A stretch of DNA of 64,000 nucleotides from Alphaproteobacteria bacterium. Lineage in GTDB: Bacteria > Pseudomonadota > Alphaproteobacteria > JAAXGF01. Position numbers and translations under genes: made by a program. Positions within the stretch are counted from its first letter, which is position 1, and each line of letters opens with the position of its first letter. The notes beneath the pieces were generated by a model that saw only the letters and a program-made list of their open reading frames with translations, was not told the DNA's origin and searched no databases. The DNA is taken from assembly GCA_963555825.3 (NCBI GenBank), contig CAUVXB020000001.1, forward strand, positions 1,408,001-1,472,000, given 5' to 3'. This document shows positions 40,915-50,142 of the stretch, one piece after another.

Positions 40915-41784
40915 TCAGGCCGCGTAGGGAATTCGATCGGGCAGCGTCAGGATCTCGTCGACATCGAGACCCTCGATCGGAAAACTGATCGCGTTGATCG
41001 TAACGTGTGGATAGAGCGTCTCGTCGTCGACGACGATCGAGACGTTCTCGGCGTTGGCGATGATTCGCTCGGCGACAGGAGAGCATTTGTCCCAATAGGT
41101 GTCATGCAGCATGACGCAGAACTCGTCGTCGGCATTGCGCGCGACGAGGTCGCAGTCACGCGCCGACCGCTTCAACACCGCGGCCATCTCCGTCATCATT
41201 CTCCGCGTCGTGTCATAGCCGTGCTCGGCGAATGCCCGGTCGTAGCCGTCGATGTGCACGAACATCAGCGCACCCTGGCGCTTGGTGCGAATATAATCGG
41301 CCAGCATCATGCGGAAAAATTCTCGGAAGCTCGCAAAGTTGACGACGTTGGTCATCTCGTCCATGCCCGGCCCTTCGCGCAGCTCGTCCTCGAGATTGAG
41401 CAGGCGTTTGGCGTTCTTGACCCTGAGCCGAAGCTCGAGCGGGTTAAGCGGCAAGGTCAGGTAGTCGTCTGCGCCTGCCTGCAGGGCAGCCATCAGGCCG
41501 AGCCGCTCGGCACCTGCCGGCATCACCAACTTGTCGTGATTTTCATAGATCACGACATAGGTGTAGCGGGCGCGCTTGAGTTGCCGGATCTTGCGGCAAA
41601 GCTCTGGTCCGGGAAGGCCCGGTACGTTCGAACCGCATAGGACGAAGCGGAACGGTTGCTGGCGGATCAACTCGTACGCTTCCGTACCGGTCAGCGCTAC
41701 GCTCGGACGATGCCCCCAACTCTCGAGCTTCCTCGTCGCCAAGCGGGCAAATACCGGATCATCGGCAACGATGAGAACTTTCAT
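40915..41784 (-). CDS. REC-GGDEF protein, both domains degenerate
   Basis: REC fold lacking the phosphoacceptor Asp (VLCGS); GGDEF replaced by ARNADDEF. Confidence 0.8.
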   Translation of the reverse strand: MKVLIVADDPVFARLATRKLESWGHRPSVALTGTEAYELIRQQPFRFVLCGSNVPGLPGPELCRKIRQLKRARYTYVVIYENHDKLVMPAGAERLGLMAALQAGADDYLTLPLNPLELRLRVKNAKRLLNLEDELREGPGMDEMTNVVNFASFREFFRMMLADYIRTKRQGALMFVHIDGYDRAFAEHGYDTTRRMMTEMAAVLKRSARDCDLVARNADDEFCVMLHDTYWDKCSPVAERIIANAENVSIVVDDETLYPHVTINAISFPIEGLDVDEILTLPDRIPYAA

Positions 41785-41941
41785 TCATCACTCCGCTACG
41801 ACCGCACACGCCCACCACGTTCTCGGTTGACGCGCGGTCGATGTATGAAACTCTTTAACACCAGACGACATGCAATTGTAAACGCGTATAAAAAAAGTTA
41901 ACTAGGGAAATTCCCGGACAGCAGTGCCCAAACGAAAATGT

Positions 41942-42544
41942 TCATTTTCCGGGACGCGTGGCGCGGATCAAGTCGGCCAGCGATCGCGCCTCCAGCTTTT
42001 GAATGATATTGGCACGGTGAAATTCGACGGTTTTCTCGCTGATGCCAAGTTCATCGGCGATGATCTTGTTGGTTTCGCCGTTGACGACGATGTTAAGCAC
42101 CTCGTGTTCGCGCGGCGTCAGGGTGGCGAGGCGCGCCTCGATCACGGCCCTATCGGTCTTGGCACTCTCCGCATGGAGGTGTTCGTCGACCGCGGCCTTG
42201 ATGCGACCGATCAATGTCTGATTGTCGAACGGCTTTTCGATGAAGTCGAAGGCGCCGGCCTTGATAGCGCGAACCGCCATCGGCACGTCACCGTGGCCCG
42301 TGACCATGATTACCGGCAGATCGATCGACCGGTCGACGAGTCGTTCCTGAAGCTCCAGGCCGTTCACGCCCGGCATGCGCACATCGAGCAGCAGGCACCC
42401 CGGCTGTCCCTCCACGTAACCATCGAGGAAGGCGCGCGCCGAGTCGTAGGCCTCGGTTCGATAGCCGATCGATTCGCTCAGCCAACAGAGCATTTCGCGA
42501 ATCGCGGCGTCGTCATCGACGACGAAGACGGTTGCTTCAGAAAT
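41942..42544 (-). CDS. FixJ-like response regulator (REC + LuxR HTH), apparent ATT start
   Basis: VFVVDDD, LLDVRMP, TGHGDV, KPF and LTPREHEVL...NK motifs. Confidence 0.85.
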   Translation of the reverse strand: MSEATVFVVDDDAAIREMLCWLSESIGYRTEAYDSARAFLDGYVEGQPGCLLLDVRMPGVNGLELQERLVDRSIDLPVIMVTGHGDVPMAVRAIKAGAFDFIEKPFDNQTLIGRIKAAVDEHLHAESAKTDRAVIEARLATLTPREHEVLNIVVNGETNKIIADELGISEKTVEFHRANIIQKLEARSLADLIRATRPGK

Positions 42545-45500
42545 CTGACGGGCCCTCCCTGGCGCATAGCGGCAAAGTAAATCGGAAGTCCGCGCCCGTC
42601 CCGCCATCGCCGCCCAGCCAAAGCTTGCCATCGTGGCGATCGAGGATCGAACGACAAATCGACAGCCCGAGACCCAGCCCTTGGGACTTGGTGGTGAAGA
42701 AGGGCTCGAATATATGATCGCGAATCTCGGGCGGCACCCCGGGCCCGGTATCCTGCACACTGATCTCGACCTGTCCCACGCCATCGCCCAAAGACCGTGT
42801 CTTGGCGGCTGTCCGGATGCGCAGCTCTCGTGACTCGATCCCTTGGGACCCCAACATCTCGATGCTGTTGCGCGCGAGGTTCAGGATGACCTGTTGGAAC
42901 TCGATGTCGTCGACAACCGCGGTCGGCGACGGCTCGGCGAGATCCATTCGGATGGCGACGCCGTTGGCGCCAATTTCGCCTTTCAACAATTCGATCGCGA
43001 CGCCGATCGCCGCATTGACGTCGATGCGTGACTTGGGTCGGCGGTCCTTGCGGATGAACCCGCGAATGCGGCGAACGATTTCGCTGGCTCGCGCCGACTG
43101 GCTGACGATGTGCCGCAAGGCGTCAGCCAACGTCTCCGGCGCGCCCTTGCCTTCCTCGAAACTGCTCAGGCAACCCTGCGCATAGGACGAGATGACGGCG
43201 AGCGGCTGGTTGAGCTCATGGGCCAGCCCGGCGGTCATCTCGCCCAGCATGTTGACGCGCGAGACATGTGCAAGATCGTCCTGGAACTGGCGCATCTTGT
43301 CCTCGACGCGCCGCCGTTCGGTGATGTCCTGCACCGTGCCAACGGTTCGGACGACCTCGCCGTCTTCTCCGAGTATGGCTTCCGCCCGTTCAATAACGAC
43401 GCGAGTGCCGCGCTCGGGATGCTCGACCCTAAACTCGATATCGTAGCCACGGCGCTCGTCGTCGGCGCGCTCGAATTCCGCTGCCACACGGTCGCGGTCA
43501 TCGGGATGAATCATTTCGAGATAATTATCGAGGTCTTTGCAGACGTACCCGTCCGGCACGCCAAAGATACGCGCTGCCTCGCCCGACGAATAGAGCTGCT
43601 CGCCCGTCGTTTCGTCCCATGCCCAATGGCCGACGTTGGCGATACGCTGCGCCTGAGCCAGCCGTGACTCGCTCTCGCGCAGCGCTTTTTCGGCTTGCCG
43701 GCGTTCGGTTATATCGTCGACCGAAAAGATGACGCGCGACCAGCTATCGCGATGCCCGGGTAGGATGACCATCTTGTTTCGCGTGAAAATCTCCGTGCCG
43801 TCGTATGCGACTTCCCTCGCTTCGTACACGAAGCTTGTCTCGCCACCAATGAAGGCGAGAAGATTCTCGGTAAATCCTGCGAGTTCTTCCGGCGTAACAC
43901 GTCCACTCGCAGTCACCTCAATGACCGCCTGTTTGGTCGGTGCGCGAAACAGTTCGAGCGTCGCCTGACTGATTTCGATCGTCTCAATCGAATCGAAAAT
44001 CTTCGTCACCTGATCGGGGCGCCGCCGGAAATAGCGACGCCAATCCCTGACGCCACGCCGTCTCAGTCGGTCGACTGCCTCCTTCACGCTGGACCAGTCC
44101 TCCAACCACACACTGAGCGGTGCCTGTTCGAACAGTTCGCGATAGCGTTGCTCGCTCTCCGCGAGCGCCTCCTCGACCCGCTTGCGCTCGGTAATGTCGA
44201 TGGTGACCGCACCGATGGACTTGATGTCGCCGGCGGCATCGGGGACCGGGAACTTGACGGACATGAAAGAATGGACGCCGTCGTCGAACGGAACCTCGTA
44301 TTCCCGCTCGATCGCCTGGCCCGATTCGAAAACCGCGCGGTCGTGTTCGAGATGCACGTCCGCTTGCGCCGTGGCGAATATCTCGTGCGCCGTTCGCCCC
44401 AGAACCGGGCGATCCGGTGAACCGAAGAGTTCTTCCGACTGTCGACCCACTATGATGTGGCGGCCCTCGGTATCCTTCAGGTAGATCTCCGACGGTGCGT
44501 TGTCGAGCAGCGCCCGGAAGCGCGCCTCGCTCTCGCGCAGCGCCTGTTCGGCACGCTTGCGCTCGGTGATGTCGACCGAAATCACGAGTACGTGTGAATA
44601 GTCCTGCTCATGACCGGGGGCAACCGACCAAAGCGCTTCGACCTCGCGCCGAGATCCGTCGGAGCGCATCACGAAAGTTTCAAACTCGAGGCTCGTCTCG
44701 CCCCTATGGACAGCCAGCAGCACGTCCTTAAGGGTCGCAAGAGCAGCGTCGCTCAAATTTTGGGTGACGTTCGCTTTAAGAACGGCCTCGGCATCGGCGT
44801 TATGCAATCTAAGGGCGGCCTGGTTCACGTCGAGTACCTCGATCGCCTTGGCACATTCGGCGACAAATTTCGGACGCTGCTCGAGATAGCCCGCGAAGAC
44901 GTTGGAATCGTCGATTTCGAGGGCGTCGATGCGCGCCTTGACCTTGGAAAAGTTCTCTGTGCGAATCGAAACCGGTGCTTGGTCGAACAGCTCGCGATAG
45001 CGTTGCTCACTTTCGCGCAGCGCCCGCTCGGCCTGCTTCCGCTCGGTGATATCCTGGACCGTCCCGATGGTACGGATGAGTTCGCCATCTTCGTCGAGTT
45101 CTACCCGGGCGCGTTCGTGAACGAAGCGGATCGCGCCGTCCGGGCGGACGATTTTGTACTCGACATCGTAGCCATGGCGACGGTCGTGGGCCGCATCCAT
45201 CAACGATCCTACGCGTTCGCGATCATTCGGATGAACCATGTCGAGCCATTCGTCGAAGCTGCCGGCAACCCATTCCGGAGGGGTGCCGAAGATTACCTTA
45301 CCAATCGCCGACGCGTATATCTCGCGGTCCGCCTTCTCATCCCAGACCCAATGTCCGATCATCGCGATCTGTTGCGCTTCGGCGAGCCGTGACTCGCTCT
45401 TTCTGAGCGCTGCATCCGCCCGTTTGCGCGCGGTAATATCATCGATCGCATAGATCACCCGCGACCAATCATGCCGACGTTGGGGCGGCATGACGGCGCG

Positions 45501-46901
45501 CATGTGGGTGGTGATTTTCATCCCGTCGGCGCGGAATTCGCGCACCTCGTACTCGCGTTCCATGGTTCCTTTAAGAAAGGCATAGAGCGAGTCCAGGGCA
45601 CCTTGCAAATTGTCGTCGGGTTCCGCGTTTGCCGGAAACAATTCGCGGAGCGCCGCGAGATCGGCAACGCCGTAGAGTTCGAGTATTGCTCGGCTCGCAT
45701 CGGTAATCGTGATCAGGTCGTAAAACTCTTTGGCGCGCTCAGGCCGCCGCGAAAAATACCGGCGGAAGTCCTTGACGCCCCGCCTCGCCAACTTGTCGAC
45801 GAATTTCTTGGCTTGCGACCAGTCCTCCTCCCAGATACCGACCGGCGATTCCTCGAATATTTCGCGATAGCGGTGCTCGCTTTCACGCAACGCTTCCAAC
45901 GCTTCGTGAAGTTCCGATGTTCGTTCCTCGACACGCCGCTCGAGCTTGTCGTGCGCCTCGCGCAACGCTTCCTCGACATGCTTCAATTCGGTGACGTCCT
46001 GGACCGTGCCGACCTGCTCGATCGCCTTGCCGGCGGCGTCGCGGACAGCCTCGCCGAGTTCCAGGACGTGCCGCACCTCGCCATCGGGACGCACGATGCG
46101 GTATTCGATCTCGTAATCGATGCCTTCGTCGTCGAACCGCTTGAACTCGGACTGGACGCGATCGCGGTCGTCGGGATGGATGGCGCGCGTCATACACGAC
46201 CGCATCCAATCTTCGATTTCATCCATGCCGACGCCGTGGATACGCGCGTACTCCTCGGAGCACGAGATCAACGCGTCGCGCCCGACCGACCAACGCCAAT
46301 TGCCGATCTTCGCCAGACGTTGCGCCGCGGCAAGTTCGGCCGTCCGTTCCGCGACGCGCCGCTCCAGCTCGTCGTGTGCTTGCTGCAACGCCGCCTCGGC
46401 CATTTTGCGATCGGTGATATCAGTCGCGATGCCACCGACGCCAACCGTTCTGCCGGCAAGATCGATGATCGGGAACTTGATCTCGAGATCGGTGTGAACG
46501 ACGCCGCCGTATTCGAGCACTTGCTCTTTCACCATGGACCGGCCGGTCGCGAACGTCTCTCGGTCCTGGGCGGTAAATTCCGCCGTGACGTCGGCCGGAA
46601 AGAACTCACCCATCGTCTTGCCGACCACTTGCTTTTCGGTCAGCCCGTAGCGCCGCTCGAATTCTCCGTTGACCAGGACATACCGGCCCTCCCGGTCGAC
46701 CAGGAAAATTTCGGCCGGCGCGTGATTCATGATCGCGCGCAATCGCGCCTCGCTCATGCGCAAGGCGTCCTCGACCCGGATGCGATCGACGGCCGCCTCT
46801 TCGAGCACGGCGACGCGGCGTTTCAGTGTTTCGACTTGGACGGAAAGCTCGGCCTTGGTGCACCGAGCGGGGCGATCAATCGGGCTCTGTACATGGGACA
46901 T
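42537..46901 (-). CDS. Cytoplasmic sensor histidine kinase with 8 PAS domains
   Basis: Repeated PAS/PAC units ending D(I/V)T(E/D/A); AHELNQPL H-box; DTGPG, EPFFTTK and GLGLGL motifs; no TM segment seen. Confidence 0.92.
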   Translation of the reverse strand: MSHVQSPIDRPARCTKAELSVQVETLKRRVAVLEEAAVDRIRVEDALRMSEARLRAIMNHAPAEIFLVDREGRYVLVNGEFERRYGLTEKQVVGKTMGEFFPADVTAEFTAQDRETFATGRSMVKEQVLEYGGVVHTDLEIKFPIIDLAGRTVGVGGIATDITDRKMAEAALQQAHDELERRVAERTAELAAAQRLAKIGNWRWSVGRDALISCSEEYARIHGVGMDEIEDWMRSCMTRAIHPDDRDRVQSEFKRFDDEGIDYEIEYRIVRPDGEVRHVLELGEAVRDAAGKAIEQVGTVQDVTELKHVEEALREAHDKLERRVEERTSELHEALEALRESEHRYREIFEESPVGIWEEDWSQAKKFVDKLARRGVKDFRRYFSRRPERAKEFYDLITITDASRAILELYGVADLAALRELFPANAEPDDNLQGALDSLYAFLKGTMEREYEVREFRADGMKITTHMRAVMPPQRRHDWSRVIYAIDDITARKRADAALRKSESRLAEAQQIAMIGHWVWDEKADREIYASAIGKVIFGTPPEWVAGSFDEWLDMVHPNDRERVGSLMDAAHDRRHGYDVEYKIVRPDGAIRFVHERARVELDEDGELIRTIGTVQDITERKQAERALRESEQRYRELFDQAPVSIRTENFSKVKARIDALEIDDSNVFAGYLEQRPKFVAECAKAIEVLDVNQAALRLHNADAEAVLKANVTQNLSDAALATLKDVLLAVHRGETSLEFETFVMRSDGSRREVEALWSVAPGHEQDYSHVLVISVDITERKRAEQALRESEARFRALLDNAPSEIYLKDTEGRHIIVGRQSEELFGSPDRPVLGRTAHEIFATAQADVHLEHDRAVFESGQAIEREYEVPFDDGVHSFMSVKFPVPDAAGDIKSIGAVTIDITERKRVEEALAESEQRYRELFEQAPLSVWLEDWSSVKEAVDRLRRRGVRDWRRYFRRRPDQVTKIFDSIETIEISQATLELFRAPTKQAVIEVTASGRVTPEELAGFTENLLAFIGGETSFVYEAREVAYDGTEIFTRNKMVILPGHRDSWSRVIFSVDDITERRQAEKALRESESRLAQAQRIANVGHWAWDETTGEQLYSSGEAARIFGVPDGYVCKDLDNYLEMIHPDDRDRVAAEFERADDERRGYDIEFRVEHPERGTRVVIERAEAILGEDGEVVRTVGTVQDITERRRVEDKMRQFQDDLAHVSRVNMLGEMTAGLAHELNQPLAVISSYAQGCLSSFEEGKGAPETLADALRHIVSQSARASEIVRRIRGFIRKDRRPKSRIDVNAAIGVAIELLKGEIGANGVAIRMDLAEPSPTAVVDDIEFQQVILNLARNSIEMLGSQGIESRELRIRTAAKTRSLGDGVGQVEISVQDTGPGVPPEIRDHIFEPFFTTKSQGLGLGLSICRSILDRHDGKLWLGGDGGTGADFRFTLPLCAREGPSDF

Positions 46902-47010
46902 GGCGATTCCCTTGGGCTTCGGCGGCCCGACCATTTGGGTCGCCGGCTGTACGAGCCTACTAGCATAGCATCGCCAGTCCAAACGGTCCGGCGATGCGTT
47001 CCATCGCTGT

Positions 47011-48255
47011 CTACAACAGCTTCGCCTCGAACGGGTAGGTGCTCAGCACCACGGCGCCGTCCTTGGTCACCAGTACCTGATCCTCGAGTTTGACGCCATA
47101 GGGGGCGCCGTCCTTGCCGGCATAGCACTCCAGGCAGAACACCATGTTTTCCTGGATCTCGCGGTCGGGGATGCCCTTGATGCCTTCGTCGGCGACGTCC
47201 GGGTAGGGGATGCCGGGCCCCTCGTCCTCGAGCCCCGCCTGATGGCACATGCCACCGTAGCGGCCCTTCTTGTATGCATCGGGCAGCTCGGGCGCCTGGC
47301 GGGAAAACTCCTCGAAGCTCATGCCCGGCTTCATCAGCTCGCGCATGCCGTTCACGCAGTCATAGGCGATGCGGTAGGCCTCTTTCTGCCCCTCCTCGAC
47401 CGCTTCGTCGCCACACAGGAAGGTGCGCGAGATGTCGAAGACGTAGCCCTCATAGCCGTTGGCGTCGGTGTCGAAGCCGACCAGATCGCCCGGCTGGACG
47501 AGCTTGTCGTGGGCCTCGGACATCCAGGGATTGGTCCGCGTGCCCGAAGCGACGAGGCGCGTGAACATGAACTCGCCGTGGTTGCGAAACAGCGATTCGT
47601 TGATCACGGCCAACAGCTCGTACTCGCGGATGCCAGGCACGATGGCGGCTTCGAAATCGGCCAGCACGGCGTCGCCGATGGCGCCGTTGATGATCATCAG
47701 GCCGACCTCCTCGGGCGTCTTGACCTCGCGCGCGTCGACCGTCGCGGGCGTCGGGTCGGTGACCTTGATGCCCTGATCGACCAGCGCGTTGAAGCCGTGG
47801 CCGTCCAACCGGTCGACGGCGAGCGGCGCGCCCTCGCAGCCCATCTCGCGCATCGCGTCCTTGATCGACGCGGCCCATTTCTGCGCCCGGTCCCAACCCT
47901 CGACACCACCGTACTGCCAACTCATGGCAGGCCGGACGTCGTCCATGATGCGCTGCGAGACGTGCAGTGAATTGGGGTATTCGAACATGATCGGGGCGCC
48001 CTCGGCGGCGACCAGGCAATAGCGCGCCAGCGTCGTCGCGGTCCACACGCCCATGACCTCGGTGCCGGTCGCATAGCGGATGTTGCCCGGCGTGTAGAAC
48101 AGGCAGATCGGCATATCGTGCTTCTTCATGTTCTGCTGGAGCCGCTCGAGCCGCCCGGCGCGAAGCTGCTTGTGATCGATGTCGGTCAAGGCAGGCACGC
48201 GCAGGGTCTGCACATGCGGGTTATGCGGCCGATGCCGTTCGCCACCAACGGTCAT
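47011..48255 (-). CDS. M24 family metallo-enzyme, DddP (DMSP lyase)-like
   Basis: NIRYAT, RLVASG.RTNPW, FDTD, DISR, H..GL.DE and KLEDQVL motifs. Confidence 0.75.
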   Translation of the reverse strand: MTVGGERHRPHNPHVQTLRVPALTDIDHKQLRAGRLERLQQNMKKHDMPICLFYTPGNIRYATGTEVMGVWTATTLARYCLVAAEGAPIMFEYPNSLHVSQRIMDDVRPAMSWQYGGVEGWDRAQKWAASIKDAMREMGCEGAPLAVDRLDGHGFNALVDQGIKVTDPTPATVDAREVKTPEEVGLMIINGAIGDAVLADFEAAIVPGIREYELLAVINESLFRNHGEFMFTRLVASGTRTNPWMSEAHDKLVQPGDLVGFDTDANGYEGYVFDISRTFLCGDEAVEEGQKEAYRIAYDCVNGMRELMKPGMSFEEFSRQAPELPDAYKKGRYGGMCHQAGLEDEGPGIPYPDVADEGIKGIPDREIQENMVFCLECYAGKDGAPYGVKLEDQVLVTKDGAVVLSTYPFEAKLL

Positions 48256-48383
48256 GATTGGAATTCCTGTGAATGAGGGGCCCAAAAAATGCCGGGACTG
48301 CGCGCGCCCTGTGCCTCCAGCGATCTTGCCCCAATTCAAGCAGCGCGCAAGCGCAAATCACGCATGGCACCCGTTCGGTGCCG

Positions 48384-49637
48384 TTAGCCGTCGTCGACGT
48401 CGAGCGTGAACAGCTCCTGAGCCGTTCCGACGCCGCGCAGCCTGTGCTCGCCGATCGACACGAGCCGCGACGCCGAGGACGCCGCCGCGCGCGCGAAGGC
48501 TTCCGAGACGAGCAGGTTGTGGCCGACCTCGCCGCACAGCGCCTCGATGCGGCTGGCCTCGTTGACTGCCGGTCCGATGACCGTGAAATCGAGCCTGTCC
48601 TCGGCGCCGACGTTGCCGAACATCACCTCGCCCAGGTGGAGCGCGACGTCGAGCGCCATGACGGGCGCGCCGGCGGCGGCCCGGTTCGCGTTGAGGTGCG
48701 CGACGTTGTCCAACGATTCGACGGCCGCCGCCAGCGCCCGGCCGCAGAGCGCATCGGGATCGGCGCCCTCGAGGTTGAACGCCGCGAGCAAGCCGTCGCC
48801 GAGAAACTTGAGCACGTCGCCGCCATTGGCGTGCACGGGCCGCACCATGCAGTCGAAATAATCGTTGAGCGCGGCGACGACCTCGTCTTTCGGCGCCCGG
48901 TCGCTGAACGTCGTGAAGCCCTGCAAGTCGGCATAGAGGATGACCGACGGAATGACGTCCATCGAGCCGCGCCGGATTTCGCCGCGCAGGATGCGTTGGC
49001 CGACCGAGGTTCCGACGTAGGTGTCGAGCAGGTTGACCGCGACCTGGTGTGTCAGCGTCGCGCTCAGCGCGAGTGCAAAACGCGGTTGGAGCCGCTCGAT
49101 CGCGGCCACCTCGGCGTCGGAGAACCCCGCCGGGCCGTCACTCGCCCAGGAGGCGATCATGCCCGTCGTCTCTTTCGTGATTTCGCCCACGCCGAATGCG
49201 ACCAACGTGGCGAAATAGTCGGTGACGCCCTGCGCCTCGAGGCTCTCGAGCAAGGGGAAGTCGAGACAGGCGTCGGGGCCGACCAGCCGCCGGCGCAGCA
49301 CCGGCACATCGTTTTCCAGCATGTAGTGGAATGGGCTCGCTCGCCACTCCTGGCTTTGCCCGGCAATGTCGTGCCCGATCGAGCGCTGCTCGACGCCGTG
49401 ACCGCGCTGCCAAACGTAATCGAGCGCCGCGACGCTCGGATGCAAGGTGCGCATGCTGAGCGTCGTTCGATTTAAGGCGGCCCCTGTCTCGACAAGGCGC
49501 TCGCAGAAGCCGTCGATCAACGGCTCGAAGCCGGTCTTCGCGAGGCCCTGCGCGACCAGCCAATCGCCGATCGCCTCGACGCTCAAAGCATCGGTCGCGC
49601 CCGGCGCCTCGCTACGATCGGTGACGGTATCATCCAT
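48384..49637 (-). CDS. Class III adenylate/guanylate cyclase
   Basis: YADLQGFT, LKFLGDG and GNVG...RLDFTVIGPAVNEASR motifs. Confidence 0.92.
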   Translation of the reverse strand: MDDTVTDRSEAPGATDALSVEAIGDWLVAQGLAKTGFEPLIDGFCERLVETGAALNRTTLSMRTLHPSVAALDYVWQRGHGVEQRSIGHDIAGQSQEWRASPFHYMLENDVPVLRRRLVGPDACLDFPLLESLEAQGVTDYFATLVAFGVGEITKETTGMIASWASDGPAGFSDAEVAAIERLQPRFALALSATLTHQVAVNLLDTYVGTSVGQRILRGEIRRGSMDVIPSVILYADLQGFTTFSDRAPKDEVVAALNDYFDCMVRPVHANGGDVLKFLGDGLLAAFNLEGADPDALCGRALAAAVESLDNVAHLNANRAAAGAPVMALDVALHLGEVMFGNVGAEDRLDFTVIGPAVNEASRIEALCGEVGHNLLVSEAFARAAASSASRLVSIGEHRLRGVGTAQELFTLDVDDG

Positions 49638-49701
49638 GTCGACGGTGCCCGCCCTAGCCCGGAATCTTCACCATGGAGAGGACCTCTTGAGGCGAGCGAA
49701 A

Positions 49702-49779
49702 TGGGGCGAGTGACCGGGATTGAACCGGCGACCTCCAGATCCACAATCTGGCGCTCTAACCGACTGAGCTACACCCGCC
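49702..49779 (-). tRNA. tRNA-His(GTG)
   Basis: GGCGGGTGTAGCTCAGTCGGTTAGAGCG...GTG anticodon...GGTTCAATCC...CCCCA; encoded CCA; G-1/C73 present. Confidence 0.97.
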
Positions 49780-49860
49780 ATCGCGCCTGATGTAACCACT
49801 CGCCGGAATTGGGTCAAGCGCGCTCTCCTTGCTCATCGCGGCCCGGCCTTCCATACTCAT

Positions 49861-50123
49861 ATACCAAGGATCAATGATAGAGACCGATAGAGATCGCGTC
49901 CGCTTTTCGCCGGGTAGGAAGGGAGCCGCAGGCGATGCAGCGCATCGGCTAGGCTTCCTGACGCCCTCCGGCGATAAGCGGCCGCGACTCGAAGGGCGGC
50001 TTGCCGAGGCTTTCGGACGTCGTTGCGCCCGCCTTGCGATGCGCTGCATCGCCGCACCGGGCGCGCCTAGCCGAAAACCTCGGCAAGCCGTCTCTATGGG
50101 TCTCTATCATTGATCCTTGGTAT
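49861..50123. repeat. Structured palindromic element / MITE, type C, copy 1 (263 bp)
   Basis: 33-bp TIR ATACCAAGGATCAATGATAGAGACCGATAGAGA, two arms, CTC-GAA-GGG linker; close to 62724-62986. Confidence 0.9.
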
Positions 50124-50142
50124 TAGGCGGGGATACCGGCCG

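Noticed and set aside
49702-49779. tRNA-His as an island integration site
   Set aside because: No integrase and no duplicated tRNA 3' end seen in the window
49829-50113. Homologous short ORFs at 49829 and 62737 (RDRVRFSPGRKG...)
   Set aside because: They only reflect the repeated type-C element; no RBS, and not conserved in types A or B
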